A DNA stretch of 54,792 bases from the NCBI GenBank assembly GCA_026387475.1, contig JAPLLN010000035.1, positions 1 to 54,792 on the forward strand, read 5' to 3'. The notes beneath the pieces were generated by a model. The model saw nothing but the letters and a program-made list of their open reading frames with translations. It ran no database searches and had not been told where the DNA came from. Of the stretch, positions 1 to 9,932 are shown one piece after another. The stretch comes from Candidatus Omnitrophota bacterium (lineage in GTDB: Bacteria; Omnitrophota; Gorgyraeia; Gygaellales; Profunditerraquicolaceae). Position 1 is the stretch's first letter. Each line of letters starts with the position of its first letter. The translations under genes and the position numbers were made by a program.

Positions 1-592
1 TCTCTTTGATCTGATTGAGCTTTTTTCTCTTCTCTAATTCCTGGTATATCAAAACCCAGGCGCAATCTTTATCCTTATCCACCTCGCACTTACCTTTATT
101 CATCCCGCCGCAAGGCCCGTTCAAAAGGCCCTTGGCGCATAAAGTCACCGGGCAGATCCCTCCGGTCACGTCGAGGACGCATTCGCCGCAAAGCGAGCAT
201 TTCTCAAGGAAATTACCCTGGCTATCCATTACCGCGCCGAAAATTGTATTAAGGGCGGGGAAGATCGCCAGGCCCAGACGGTCGTTATCCTTAACTGATT
301 GAGTGCCCAGGCCGCAGGCGAGGACTAAAAATGCCTCTGACTCTCTTAAAGCCTTCATGTTCTTGGCTAGTTCGGCCTTGGCTTGGGGAGCAATGCAGGG
401 AGCGGACGGCATACACATGCCAGTAACAGTCTTTCCGTTCTGCTCCAGGAGCGCTTTCATCTCCTTTAATTCCGGCTCTCCGCCGGTCTTGCAGGTCGTC
501 GAGCACTCGCCGCAGCCAACCAGGAATATCTTCTGATACCCTTTCAGACTCTCCAAAATCTCTTCTATAGGCTTCTTTTCCGTGATTATCAT
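1..592 (-). CDS. methylenetetrahydrofolate reductase C-terminal-domain (MetV-like, Cys-rich) protein; 3' end runs off the window
   Basis: Absent from the ORF track because no stop lies inside the window. My translation from the ATG (rc of 590-592) stays open to position 1: MIITEKKPIEEILESLKGYQKIFLVGCGECSTTCKTGGEPE...CPVTLCAKGLLNGPCGGMNKGKCEVDKDKDCAWVLIY. The Cys clusters and the NGPCGG...GKCEV signature match what I recall for the MTHFR_C family. Confidence 0.6.
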   Translation of the reverse strand, partial: MIITEKKPIEEILESLKGYQKIFLVGCGECSTTCKTGGEPELKEMKALLEQNGKTVTGMCMPSAPCIAPQAKAELAKNMKALRESEAFLVLACGLGTQSVKDNDRLGLAIFPALNTIFGAVMDSQGNFLEKCSLCGECVLDVTGGICPVTLCAKGLLNGPCGGMNKGKCEVDKDKDCAWVLIYQELEKRKKLNQIKE

Positions 593-673
593 ATTCTAAA
601 TTTTAACACACTTTCCAGCCGCTAACAAGCAGAAATCGGCTATTATCAAGGCTTATGCCGCAGAACGCCGAAG

Positions 674-1471
674 CTACTTTTCTCTTCCTGATGCCTTCTT
701 AAGCTTTTCAATTAATCCGGGATTTATAGCGTATCCCAATTCTTCTGCTTTATACACATCTGCCCAGCTTCTATTATATTCCCTTTTTTCTAGATAAATC
801 TTGGCCCTATTGCAATAACCCTCAGCAAATTTAGGATTTGACTCTATCGCTTTATTGAAATCGGATATAGCGGCGTCGAAATCATGTTTCATCCCATAAG
901 CGAGGCCCCGGCTATTATAGGCTGCAATAAAATCAGGATTGATCTTTAATGCTTTATCGTAGTCAGATATGGATTGGTCGAAGTTAAGCTTGAATATATA
1001 AGCATGTCCCCGATTGTAGTAATAATCTGCGATATTATTATCAATCTTTATCGCCCGGTCATAATCTGTAATTGCGTTATCCAAATCAGGGCTCCGGACA
1101 GCAACAACAAATTCACTGCCCGTATCAACATTTACGTGTGCCATTTTAGAATGAAGGAGACCCCTATTGTTATAAGCATCGGCGAAGTTGGGAGCGAGTT
1201 CTATGGTTTTATTATAATCTGCGATTGCTTCGCCTAGGTTACCACTATCTTCATGCGCGAGGGCGCGATTAAAGTACGCCTCAACAAGATTAGGATTTAT
1301 TTCAATAGCCTTGTTAAAATCTGAGATGGCTTGAGATAAATTCCCCTGTCTATGATAAATAATACCACGCTTGGAATATTCTTCCGCAGTCTCAGCATGA
1401 ACAGAAGAAGCACTTAAGAATAATAACCCTAACAAGCCAAATAAGCCTATCCTGGAACTAAGAAGTTTCAT
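674..1471 (-). CDS. secreted tetratricopeptide (TPR) repeat protein
   Basis: 265-aa ORF. The N-terminus has a signal peptide (MKLLSSRIGLFGLLGLLFLSASSVHA). It is followed by repeated 34-aa units of the form A..YN.RG..Y...G....AI.D..KAI..NP. Confidence 0.8.
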   Translation of the reverse strand: MKLLSSRIGLFGLLGLLFLSASSVHAETAEEYSKRGIIYHRQGNLSQAISDFNKAIEINPNLVEAYFNRALAHEDSGNLGEAIADYNKTIELAPNFADAYNNRGLLHSKMAHVNVDTGSEFVVAVRSPDLDNAITDYDRAIKIDNNIADYYYNRGHAYIFKLNFDQSISDYDKALKINPDFIAAYNSRGLAYGMKHDFDAAISDFNKAIESNPKFAEGYCNRAKIYLEKREYNRSWADVYKAEELGYAINPGLIEKLKKASGREK

Positions 1472-1665
1472 CTGTATTTTCCTCTGATTAAAACAATACT
1501 TCTGTAATATATTCTATCACTAAGAATTACAAAATCAACCCGAAGCGGATGACGGGGCGCGATTTCGAACCACCGCAGCATACGCGGATTGACTTGGCTG
1601 GCTTTTAGCGGGGCCTGTCGGCAAGGAGCGGGCACGGTTCCCGCATCCGGCTCCTGATTATAAAA

Positions 1666-1795
1666 ACGGACTTATACACGGCCCGGATGCGGGAGAGCGA
1701 CGCAGCCGACCGGAGCGAAGCTTTGCCACAACGGACTTATACACGGCCCGGATGCGGGAGAGCGACGCAGCCGACCGGAGCGAAGCTTTGCCACG
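1666..1795. repeat. tandem direct duplication, 2 x 65 bp (64/65 identical)
   Basis: acggacttatacacggcccggatgcgggagagcgacgcagccgaccggagcgaagctttgccac occurs at 1666-1730 and again at 1731-1795. The duplication also shows as two track ORFs that both start MRESDAADRSEALP. Confidence 0.95.
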
Positions 1796-1847
1796 CCGGG
1801 GCAAAGCGAGCGTACCCGCGAAAAGGCAGACAAGGCAGGACGCGAAT

Positions 1848-4800
1848 TTATTTATTCTCTTCTTCCTGCTTCTTTTTCTTGGCTTCGCAGATCTCTTTGG
1901 CGATTTCTTGCGGAACCTGGACGTACTTGTCGAACTCCATGGTGGCGTTGGCGCGGCCGCTGGAGAGGGAGCGGAATCCGGTAGCGTAACCGAACATTTC
2001 GGAGAGGGGCGCTTCTGCGGAGACGATCTTCTGTTTTCCTTTTACGTCTATATTCAAAATCTTTCCCCGGCGGGAACAGATATAACTCACCACACCGTTG
2101 ACATGCTCTTCAGGAGTCGCTACTTCCAAAGACATGCTCGGCTCCAATAACACCGGTTGAGATTTAAGAAACGCCTCTTTGAACGCCATGCTCCCCGCAA
2201 TCTTAAACGCCATTTCCGACGAATCTACTTCATGGTAAGACCCATCGAGCAACTCCACCTTAACATCGACTACCGGAAATCCGGCATAAACTCCTTTTCC
2301 CATCGCCTCAATAATACCTTTTTCTACCGCCGGAATAAATGATTGTGGGATAGAACCACCTTTAATGCTATCGATAAACTCAAAACCCTTACCTGCCTCA
2401 TTAGGGCTCACCTCAATGACCACGTGGCCGTATTGGCCGCGGCCTCCGGTCTGGCGGATATATTTTCCTTCTGCCTCGGCTTTCTGTAATATGGTTTCCC
2501 GAAAAGCTACTTTGGGTTGGCCGACGATCGCCTCAACGCCGAATTCAGTTTTTAGTCTATCTACGATTATTTCCAGATGCAATTCGCCCATTCCGGTCAA
2601 TAAAGTTTCCTTGGTCTCCTCGTCGGAGCTGACAATAAAAGTCGGGTCTTCCTCGGTCAAGCGGCCTAAGGCTTTACCTAATTTATCCTGGTCGGACCGG
2701 GTCTTGGGCGTGATACTTAAAGAAACCACCGGTGTGGGGAATTGAATGGCTTCTAATAAAATCGGATTATCGGGGTCGCATAGCGTATCTCCGGTTACGG
2801 TGTGGTCTAATCCTACGCAAGCAACGATATCTCCGGCAAAGGCGTATTCCACGTTCTCGCGCATGTTAGCGTGCATCTGCACAATGCGGCCGATCCTCTC
2901 TTTTTTATCCTTGGTGGAATTTAATATGTAAGTTCCGGTAGATAAAACCCCGGAGTAGACGCGCAGATAGACCAGTTTCCCCATGTGCGGGTCTGCCTGA
3001 ATTTTAAAGGCTAGCCCGGAAAAAGGCTCTTTAAAGTCAGGCTTACGCTCTAATTCTTTATCCAGATCGTCGGGGACATGGCCCTTGACCGCAGGCACAT
3101 CCAGCGGGGAAGGCAAAAACATCGTCACCGCGTCCAGAAGTTTTTGCACCCCTTTATTTTTTAATGACGCGCCGCAGAGAACTGGGACAGCCTTATTGGC
3201 AACCGTACCTTTTCTTATGGCTTTAATTAATTCTTCTTTAGTAATGGTATCCGGGGCTTCCAAATATTTCTTAGTCAAAACTTCATCAAAGGCCGCTGCC
3301 CGCTCCAACATTATGCGGCGGTATTTCTGCGCGACTTCCGCTAAATCCGCGGGGATCTCTTCGATGCGATAATCCTTGCCTTGCGTTTCATCCTGATAAA
3401 TATACGCCTTCATCTCCAGCAGGTCCACTACCCCGGCAAAAGTATCTTCCTGGCCGCAGGGGACCTCTAACGGAATAGTATTTCCTCCCAACTGCTCTTC
3501 TATCCCCTTGAGTGTTCCGAAAAAATCCGCTCCGGTGCGGTCCATTTTATTGATGAACGCGATCTTAGGCACATTATATTTATCCGACTGGTGCCAGACG
3601 GTCTCTGATTGCGGCTCGACCCCGCCTACGGCGCAGAAGACCGCCACTGCTCCGTCTAAAACTCTTAAACTGCGTTCGACCTCGACGGTAAAATCCACAT
3701 GGCCGGGGGTATCGATCAGATTAATGCGGTGTTCTTTCCAGAAACAAGTCGTAGCTGCCGCGGTAATAGTAATTCCTCTCTCCTGCTCCTGCTTCATCCA
3801 GTCCATGGTTGCTTTACCGTCATGCACTTCGCCGATCTTATGCGACTTCCCGGTGTAAAAAAGAATGCGCTCGGACAAAGTAGTCTTTCCGGCGTCAATA
3901 TGCGCCATGATGCCAATGTTGCGCGTTCTTTCTAAGCTATATTTTGGTGTTGGCAGGGCTTCTGTTTCTTTGGGCTTTTCAACAACTGCGGATTCTTCGA
4001 CGGAAGCAGGTTCTTCAACGGGGACAGGTATCTCGACAGGGACAGGTTCGACAGGAACAGGTTCAACGGGAACGGGCTCTTCAACCGGAGCGGGCGCTAC
4101 AGGAGCGGATTCAACAGGAGCGGGTTCAACAGGAACCTCTACTACGGGTGCCGCATCCAAATCCGAAACCTTCGCCTCTGCTTGAGAAATGACCCTATTC
4201 TTTAAAACGACTAACTCCTCGATCAGGATGCGGGTCTTCTCCTCCTGCGCCTCCAGCGATTTTTCTAATTCCGTATATTCATCGTTGAGTTTGGTAAACT
4301 CGGCCTTAGGTACCCATTCGCTGTTCTGCTCTTTCTTCTTATACGCGTTGATCGTTTCTTTCAGGTCTTTTATTTCTTTTAAATCCCGCTCGATCTGATG
4401 CTTCTGCGATTCTATCTGATCAGCCTGCTCCTTGATCTTATTATCCAGCTCTTTGAGCCGCAGGTTTAGGTCCTGGATATCTTTGTTTAAGTTCACCCCT
4501 TTAGAGAAATGCTCCTCGGTCTCTTTCTCGCGCTCGGCAAACTTATTTCTTAATTCCAGGTTCTCGGCCTTGGCCTTATCTAACATCGCCTCTGACTTTG
4601 CCACCCACTCCTGCCGGCGGTTAAGCTCTTCCTGGAATTTCGCTTCTTTGGCTTTCGCCTCCTCAATATATTTCTTATCTTTATCGTATTGCGCCCGGAT
4701 CGTGAAAAGCTCACCCTCCAGAGAATCAACCTGGGCCTGAAGTTTCTGCTCTTTTAATTCCCGGCCTTCCTGATCAGGACGCGGTGGTTCCTCCGGCCGT

Positions 4801-4907
4801 TTCTTAGGCTTAACACTCCCCTGCCCGGGGGAAACAAAAATTCCCGCCAGGGCATAGACGATCAGCCCTATGCCGATAACCAGGATTACGATAAAGATAT
4901 TGCTCAT
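1848..4907 (-). CDS. fusA: elongation factor G paralog with a 321-aa N-terminal extension (membrane anchor, coiled coil, Pro-Val-Glu spacer)
   Basis: aa 322-1019 form a full EF-G ([27 protein letters not shown], domains II-V). aa 1-321 hold a hydrophobic helix, charged heptad-like sequence and a (PVE)n spacer. The ATG overlaps the upstream stop as TAATG. Confidence 0.85.
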   Translation of the reverse strand: MSNIFIVILVIGIGLIVYALAGIFVSPGQGSVKPKKRPEEPPRPDQEGRELKEQKLQAQVDSLEGELFTIRAQYDKDKKYIEEAKAKEAKFQEELNRRQEWVAKSEAMLDKAKAENLELRNKFAEREKETEEHFSKGVNLNKDIQDLNLRLKELDNKIKEQADQIESQKHQIERDLKEIKDLKETINAYKKKEQNSEWVPKAEFTKLNDEYTELEKSLEAQEEKTRILIEELVVLKNRVISQAEAKVSDLDAAPVVEVPVEPAPVESAPVAPAPVEEPVPVEPVPVEPVPVEIPVPVEEPASVEESAVVEKPKETEALPTPKYSLERTRNIGIMAHIDAGKTTLSERILFYTGKSHKIGEVHDGKATMDWMKQEQERGITITAAATTCFWKEHRINLIDTPGHVDFTVEVERSLRVLDGAVAVFCAVGGVEPQSETVWHQSDKYNVPKIAFINKMDRTGADFFGTLKGIEEQLGGNTIPLEVPCGQEDTFAGVVDLLEMKAYIYQDETQGKDYRIEEIPADLAEVAQKYRRIMLERAAAFDEVLTKKYLEAPDTITKEELIKAIRKGTVANKAVPVLCGASLKNKGVQKLLDAVTMFLPSPLDVPAVKGHVPDDLDKELERKPDFKEPFSGLAFKIQADPHMGKLVYLRVYSGVLSTGTYILNSTKDKKERIGRIVQMHANMRENVEYAFAGDIVACVGLDHTVTGDTLCDPDNPILLEAIQFPTPVVSLSITPKTRSDQDKLGKALGRLTEEDPTFIVSSDEETKETLLTGMGELHLEIIVDRLKTEFGVEAIVGQPKVAFRETILQKAEAEGKYIRQTGGRGQYGHVVIEVSPNEAGKGFEFIDSIKGGSIPQSFIPAVEKGIIEAMGKGVYAGFPVVDVKVELLDGSYHEVDSSEMAFKIAGSMAFKEAFLKSQPVLLEPSMSLEVATPEEHVNGVVSYICSRRGKILNIDVKGKQKIVSAEAPLSEMFGYATGFRSLSSGRANATMEFDKYVQVPQEIAKEICEAKKKKQEEENK

Positions 4908-5341
4908 TATTTACCTTGCAGCGCTTCTATTACCCTCTGGCTTACTTTGTTCTTCCTTAAATAATCGATGTCGTTTGTGGTAAGCACCAGCTTAGTGTTG
5001 GTAGACCTGATCTTATCAATGATAAAATCGTCGCTGGTCTTACGGGAAGTCATATCAACAACCTGCTGCATAGTCACCTGTTCGGTGGCAGCTACCTCTG
5101 TTTTTTGGCCGGGCTTATCGATCTGCGCGCCTACTAAAGCACCTGCGCCTGCGCCTACTGCTCCGCCGATTAACGCGCCGCCTAATCCGCTTCCTGACTG
5201 ATGGCCGATGATCCCGCCGGCTAAAGCGCCCACTGCGCCGCCGATCCCTGCGCCTTCAGCAACCCTGGTTTTATTTGTTTCACAACCTAATGCTACCACT
5301 ACCAGCCCTGCGCTTAAAACAACTGCCAGAACCTTTTTCAT
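4907..5341 (-). CDS. glycine-zipper lipoprotein
   Basis: Signal peptide with a lipobox-like VALGC. A Gly-rich GxxxG zipper follows ([17 protein letters not shown]...[18 protein letters not shown]). The start overlaps the rarA stop. Confidence 0.65.
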   Translation of the reverse strand: MKKVLAVVLSAGLVVVALGCETNKTRVAEGAGIGGAVGALAGGIIGHQSGSGLGGALIGGAVGAGAGALVGAQIDKPGQKTEVAATEQVTMQQVVDMTSRKTSDDFIIDKIRSTNTKLVLTTNDIDYLRKNKVSQRVIEALQGK

Positions 5342-6648
5342 ACTTCCTCCTTTTTTAGTTTCTCCATCCTCTGTTTAATTTTTGCCTCGTATCCTATATC
5401 CGTAGGCTCGTAATATTTTACTTTTTTGCGCGTATATTTCTGTTTTACATAATGGCCGGGAAAATCATGCGCGTATTTATAATCTTTGCCGTGGCCGAGC
5501 CTTTCTCCGTCACCGGTGGCGTCTTTCAGGTGATCCGGGACCTCCTGCACTTTATTATTTTCAACGTCAGCATAGGCTTTGTCAATAGCTAAATAACTGG
5601 CGTTGGATTTTTGCGCGCATGAGACATAAACGCAGGCCTGGGCCAGAGGGATGCGCGCCTCGGGCATGCCCACAAATTCAGAGACCTGGAGCGCTGCGTT
5701 AGCCAGGACCAGCGCCAGGGGATCGGCATTCCCCACGTCCTCGGAGGCAAGTATGCAGATACGCCGGGCGATAAAGCGCGGGTCTTCGCCGGCATAAAGC
5801 ATCTTCGCCATCCAATATAAAGCCGCGTCCGGGTCAGAGCCGCGCATGGATTTGATAAAAGCGGACGCGGTATCATAGTGCCCGTCCTCATCGTGGTCAT
5901 AGACCACGGCCTTCTTTTGAATAGACTCCTCAGCAGCCTCTAAATTAAAATTGATCACCCCGTCTTTTGCCTGCGGAGTAGTCAACGCGCCTATTTCCAA
6001 AGCATTTAAAGCCCTGCGGGCATCCCCTTCCGAGGTTTTAGCCAGAAAATCCAGCGCTTCTTTCGCAGCCTTGATCTTGATCTTCCCTAATCCGCGCTCT
6101 TTATCTTTTAACGCGGCATTAAGAATTGCGGATATCTCGTTAGCTTTTAAAGATTTTAATTCGCAGACCAGCGAGCGCGATACAAGCGGCGAGGCAATTG
6201 AGAAAAATGGGTTATGCACGGTAGCGCCGATCAATACGGGATTGCCGTCCTCCACATCGGGAAGAAGGACGTCCTGCTGCGCCTTATTAAAACGGTGGAT
6301 CTCGTCGATAAAAAGGATGGTCTTCTGGCCGGAGGTTCTTTTTTTAAGTTTGGCCTGCGCGATGATGCGCCTTAATTCCTCGACATTGGAAGTAGTGGCA
6401 TTGACCGAGGCGAAAACTGATTTGGTGGCATTGGCGATGCAGTAGGCTAAAGAAGTCTTCCCGGTTCCCGGCGGGCCGAAAAGTATGAGTGAGCTTAAGC
6501 GGTCGGCAACGATTGCGCGGCGCAAAAGTTTTCCCTTACCTAATATATGCGCCTGCCCTACGAAATCGCCGAGTTCTGCCGGACGCATGCGCACAGAGAG
6601 GGGGAAGTCCTGGGAAGTCTTCTGGGTCTTTTCGGGGAATAAATCCAT
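5338..6648 (-). CDS. rarA: replication-associated recombination protein A (AAA+ ATPase)
   Basis: Walker A motif GPPGTGKTSLA and Walker B motif ILFIDEIHRFNK. The MgsA C-terminal signature is present (DGHYDTASAFIKSMRGSDPDAALYW). Confidence 0.9.
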   Translation of the reverse strand: MDLFPEKTQKTSQDFPLSVRMRPAELGDFVGQAHILGKGKLLRRAIVADRLSSLILFGPPGTGKTSLAYCIANATKSVFASVNATTSNVEELRRIIAQAKLKKRTSGQKTILFIDEIHRFNKAQQDVLLPDVEDGNPVLIGATVHNPFFSIASPLVSRSLVCELKSLKANEISAILNAALKDKERGLGKIKIKAAKEALDFLAKTSEGDARRALNALEIGALTTPQAKDGVINFNLEAAEESIQKKAVVYDHDEDGHYDTASAFIKSMRGSDPDAALYWMAKMLYAGEDPRFIARRICILASEDVGNADPLALVLANAALQVSEFVGMPEARIPLAQACVYVSCAQKSNASYLAIDKAYADVENNKVQEVPDHLKDATGDGERLGHGKDYKYAHDFPGHYVKQKYTRKKVKYYEPTDIGYEAKIKQRMEKLKKEEV

Positions 6649-6860
6649 AAAGGAGCGGCCTCAATAAAAAACCCCGCGCAAGTGCCGTTGGAACGATACT
6701 CTGAACCGTTTGGTATCAGGTGGGTGCCCTATCCGGGCGCCTTAGCGCCGGCGGAATAATCGGGCTCCCTTGATAATAGTGTTGGTTCAAAAATTATCAA
6801 TTTTCCAACGTGCACCGCAGGGTCAATTAAAGTATAGCACATTAGATCCGGATAAACAAA

Positions 6861-8891
6861 TCAACGGATCGTTGCGCCAAATCTTCCGGTCAAAAGAGCA
6901 TTCAACTGTGCGTGCACGGGAGCGACTTCTGCTTCGGTCAAAGTCCGCTCGTCAGAGCGGTAGATACACGATATGGTAAGCCCGCGCCAACCCGCGGGGA
7001 CCTGTTTACCTTTATAAAAATCCGTTACCTTTAATTCTTTAAGCAGCGGTTCGCCGGCAGAGCGCAGCGCTTGGAAAACATCGTCGATACCGAGCTCCTC
7101 CCTTAATAAAAGGCTTATATCGCGCGTGATCCCGGGGTATTTAGGCGGGGCTGTGAATTTTTTCTTCAGATTAAGCGCGGGGATCACGTTATCCAGGGAG
7201 AGCTCCGCGACAAAAACCTCCCTGTTCTTGATATCAAACAAATCCAAAGCGCTCCGGGATAACCTGAACATAGAGCCGGCCTTTTTCCCCGCGACTTCTA
7301 TGCGGACAATCTGGCCGTCGGGCGAAAAACTGAATTCTTTTATCCCCAGCCTTAAGAGCATGTTTTCGATTATGCCTTTTAAATGCAGCAAGCCGGCCTC
7401 ATCCTTGACCATCCCCTGCTCCAGGGAGAGGGATTTTCTGCCGCAGAGAAGAACGCCTAAACACAATTCCTCTTTCGGCCCTTTATCTGTTGCGTAAAAC
7501 CTCCGGGCTATTTCAAAAAGATTTACATATTCCTGTTTTTGATTTAAATTTAGGCCGGCGCATTTTACCAGGCTGGGCATTAGGCTCGTCCTTAATATCT
7601 CCTGCTCCCGGCTTAAAGGATTGCGGATTTCCACTGCCTTTAAATTCTCCGTCTGGCCCAGGCTTTTGGCTAAGTTGCGCTCGGTCAAACTGTAGGTTAT
7701 CGCCTCATTCAAGCCTAATCCGGTAAGGATATTTTTTATTAAAGCGGCTGCGTCCAATACACCCCAGCTGAAGGCCTGCGGTTTTATGGACGGGATGGTC
7801 CGGGGTATTAACTCGTATCCGTAAATGCGGGCGATCTCTTCGATCAAGTCCACGTCCAGAGCGGCATCCTGGCGGTGCGACGGGGTTAAAACGCTGAATT
7901 TAGATTTTGACTTTGCCTTGACTGTGAAACCCAGCGCCTGCAGTATTGTCTTGATCTTCTGCGCGGGTATCTTCACCCCCAGGACCCTGGCTACCCTGTC
8001 GCAATCAAGAATTATGTTTTTCGCGATGACTTTACCGGAGCCTGCGCTTTTAGCTAAAACCGTCTTACCCGGGCTAAGTTTTTCAATTAAATCCGCAGAC
8101 AGCTGCGAGGAAGACTCAACTATTGACGCATCAACAGACCGCTCAAAGCGGTAAGCTGACTCGCTCTGCAGTCCCAGCACCTGCCTGGCTTTACGGATCA
8201 AAATAGGATTAAATACCGCCGCTTCCAAGAGTATATTTTTCGTGCCTTCGGTCACTTCCGTGTCTTTACCGCCCATGATCCCGGCGCAGGCAACCGGTCT
8301 ACGCGCGTCCGCAATGACTAAAATATCCGGCGAGAGTTGTTTTATTTCTCCGTCGATAGTGGTGATCTTTTCTCCGGAGCGCGCGCGGCGCACAATAATC
8401 GACGCGCCGCTTAATTTATCCAGATCAAAGGCGTGCAGGGGCTCTCCGGTCTCGAATAAGACATGGTTAGTAATATCTACAATATTATTTACGCTGCGGC
8501 AGCCTACTAATTCCAGCCTGGTTTTAAGCCACTCCGGGGAAGGCCCAACTTTCACCCCGCGGATAATCTTTGCCGTATATAGAGAACAATCTTTTTTGTT
8601 CTCGATTTCAATTTCAAACTTTTCTTGCTTTGAATTTTTAATTTTGGTTTGTGATTTTGACTTTTGAATCCTGATCTTTGAATTTGTAATAGCCGCTACT
8701 TCTCTGGCAATCCCGGAGACACTCAACCAGTCCGGACGGTTAGAGGTAATTTCTATCTCAAAAACAAAATCACCCTGCTTCTGCTCCAGAGAAACCACTT
8801 CCAGGCCTGCCATAGTGAGTTTATCGGCGAGCTTTTCCGGAGCCAGCTTGATATCCACAAAATCTTTTAACCAGCTATAGGTGACTTTCAT
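6861..8891 (-). CDS. pheT: phenylalanine--tRNA ligase beta subunit (lacks the N-terminal OB-fold tRNA-binding domain)
   Basis: MKVTYSWLKDFV... runs directly into EIEITSNRPDWLSVSGIAREVAA. B3/4, B5 and FDX-ACB-like regions are present. It lies directly downstream of pheS. Confidence 0.9.
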   Translation of the reverse strand: MKVTYSWLKDFVDIKLAPEKLADKLTMAGLEVVSLEQKQGDFVFEIEITSNRPDWLSVSGIAREVAAITNSKIRIQKSKSQTKIKNSKQEKFEIEIENKKDCSLYTAKIIRGVKVGPSPEWLKTRLELVGCRSVNNIVDITNHVLFETGEPLHAFDLDKLSGASIIVRRARSGEKITTIDGEIKQLSPDILVIADARRPVACAGIMGGKDTEVTEGTKNILLEAAVFNPILIRKARQVLGLQSESAYRFERSVDASIVESSSQLSADLIEKLSPGKTVLAKSAGSGKVIAKNIILDCDRVARVLGVKIPAQKIKTILQALGFTVKAKSKSKFSVLTPSHRQDAALDVDLIEEIARIYGYELIPRTIPSIKPQAFSWGVLDAAALIKNILTGLGLNEAITYSLTERNLAKSLGQTENLKAVEIRNPLSREQEILRTSLMPSLVKCAGLNLNQKQEYVNLFEIARRFYATDKGPKEELCLGVLLCGRKSLSLEQGMVKDEAGLLHLKGIIENMLLRLGIKEFSFSPDGQIVRIEVAGKKAGSMFRLSRSALDLFDIKNREVFVAELSLDNVIPALNLKKKFTAPPKYPGITRDISLLLREELGIDDVFQALRSAGEPLLKELKVTDFYKGKQVPAGWRGLTISCIYRSDERTLTEAEVAPVHAQLNALLTGRFGATIR

Positions 8892-8894
8892 AGA

Positions 8895-9911
8895 TTAAAA
8901 CTGTTTGAGGAACCTCAAGTCATTCTCAAAGAATAACCTGATGTCATTAATGCCGTATTTAAGCATGGCGATCCTCTCAATGCCCATACCAAAAGCGAAT
9001 CCGCTGTATTTCTGGGCATTAATCCCCACCTGCTTGAACACATTAGGATGGATCATCCCGCAACCGAGGATCTCAAGCCAACCCTTCCTTCCGCAGACCG
9101 AGCAACCGGCGCCTTTACAGATAATACAGGATATATCTACTTCGGCGGAAGGCTCGGTAAAAGGAAAAAAGTGCGGACGAAAACGCATTTTAATATCATT
9201 TCCGAAAACGGCCTTGGCAAAGATCTCCAGCGACCCTTTTAAATCCGCAAAGGTAATATTGGTGTCCACCATAAAACCCTCGATCTGATGGAACATGAAC
9301 AAGTGGCTGGCATCCACCGCATCCGGACGGTAAACCCTCCCCGGGACGACTATCGCCAAAGGAGGTAAGCGGCCTTTCATCGCGCGCACCTGCACCGGAG
9401 AGGTGTGGGAGCGCAAAAGAAGTTTCTCGTAATCTTTTAAATAAAAGGTGTCGAAGGCGTCTCGGGAGGGATGTTCCAGCGGGATATTTAAACCGGTAAA
9501 ATTATTGAATTCCGTTTCGATCTCCGGTCCGTCCGCAATGCAGAAACCCATGCGGGTAAATATGGAGGATATTTCGTTGATCGTCTGGGTGATAGGGTGG
9601 AGGCGGCCTAATTCCTGGGCGATACCCGGCATCCCGATATCATCGGTCATCTCCGGGCCGCTCTTAATGCCTGCGCCCAAGCTCTTTTCTTTCTCCGCAA
9701 TAAGAGAAGCGAGGTTATTTTTCAGCGCGTTTACTTCCTGCCCGAATTGCGCGCGCTCATTCTGCGGTAATGTCGGAATGGCCGCGGTAAGCTGGGCAAG
9801 GGCGCCTTTACGGGAGAGATATTTTAAGCGGAATTCTTCCAGCTGGCCCTGCGAATGCACCGCCGCAAGGTCGCTTTCTATCTGCGCCTGAATAGATCTG
9901 ATATCCATCAC
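8895..9911 (-). CDS. pheS: phenylalanine--tRNA ligase alpha subunit
   Basis: Class II motifs are present (HPSRDAFDTFY, FRPHFFPFTEPSAEVD, GFAFGMGIERIAMLKYGI). Confidence 0.95.
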   Translation of the reverse strand: MMDIRSIQAQIESDLAAVHSQGQLEEFRLKYLSRKGALAQLTAAIPTLPQNERAQFGQEVNALKNNLASLIAEKEKSLGAGIKSGPEMTDDIGMPGIAQELGRLHPITQTINEISSIFTRMGFCIADGPEIETEFNNFTGLNIPLEHPSRDAFDTFYLKDYEKLLLRSHTSPVQVRAMKGRLPPLAIVVPGRVYRPDAVDASHLFMFHQIEGFMVDTNITFADLKGSLEIFAKAVFGNDIKMRFRPHFFPFTEPSAEVDISCIICKGAGCSVCGRKGWLEILGCGMIHPNVFKQVGINAQKYSGFAFGMGIERIAMLKYGINDIRLFFENDLRFLKQF

Positions 9912-9932
9912 ACCCTGCCTCTGGATTTAAGT

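Noticed and set aside
15-536. Track ORFs 15-302 (plus), 303-536 (plus) and 291-506 (minus) at the left edge.
   Set aside because: The minus-strand frame that is open from 592 to the window edge encodes a recognisable Cys-rich MTHFR_C-type protein and explains the region. The listed ORFs are out-of-frame by-products.
1548-1585. tRNA- or tmRNA-like words (ggggcgcgatttcgaacc on the plus strand, ggttcgaaatcgcgcccc on the minus strand).
   Set aside because: The 5 nt on either side of the TTCGAAA loop do not pair (ggtgg versus tcgcg). No complementary acceptor strand (gcgcccc or ggggcgc partner) exists within 400 nt. I could not build a cloverleaf or a tmRNA acceptor/T-arm.
1666-1795. Possibility that the 65-bp repeats are a mini CRISPR array.
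   Set aside because: The two copies are directly adjacent with no spacer, there are only two, and no cas genes are in the window.
1687-2150. Two plus-strand ORFs that both begin MRESDAADRSEALP (1687-1989 and 1752-2150).
   Set aside because: The shared N-terminus is only the 65-bp tandem duplication read in one frame. Both run antisense into the 3' end of the EF-G gene and have Arg/Ala-rich junk composition.
3945-4907. Alternative reading in which the EF-G N-terminal extension is a separate upstream gene, or an artefact of ORF extension.
   Set aside because: A 321-codon open stretch with protein-like TM, coiled-coil and PVE composition is unlikely by chance. There is no stop and no ATG, GTG or TTG at the junction, and the far ATG is coupled to the upstream stop. 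A sequencing frameshift cannot be excluded without reads, so this is kept as a finding with that caveat.
6649-6860. Structured-looking 210-bp region between pheT and rarA. It has an 8-bp inverted repeat ttgataat/attatcaa (6770-6800), GC-rich segments, and a T-run just before the rarA start.
   Set aside because: On the minus strand the palindrome arms coincide with a plausible TTGATA-16 nt-TATTAT promoter for rarA. I could not fold the remainder into any riboswitch or sRNA family I know, and no stable hairpin precedes the T-run. An Infernal/Rfam scan would settle it.
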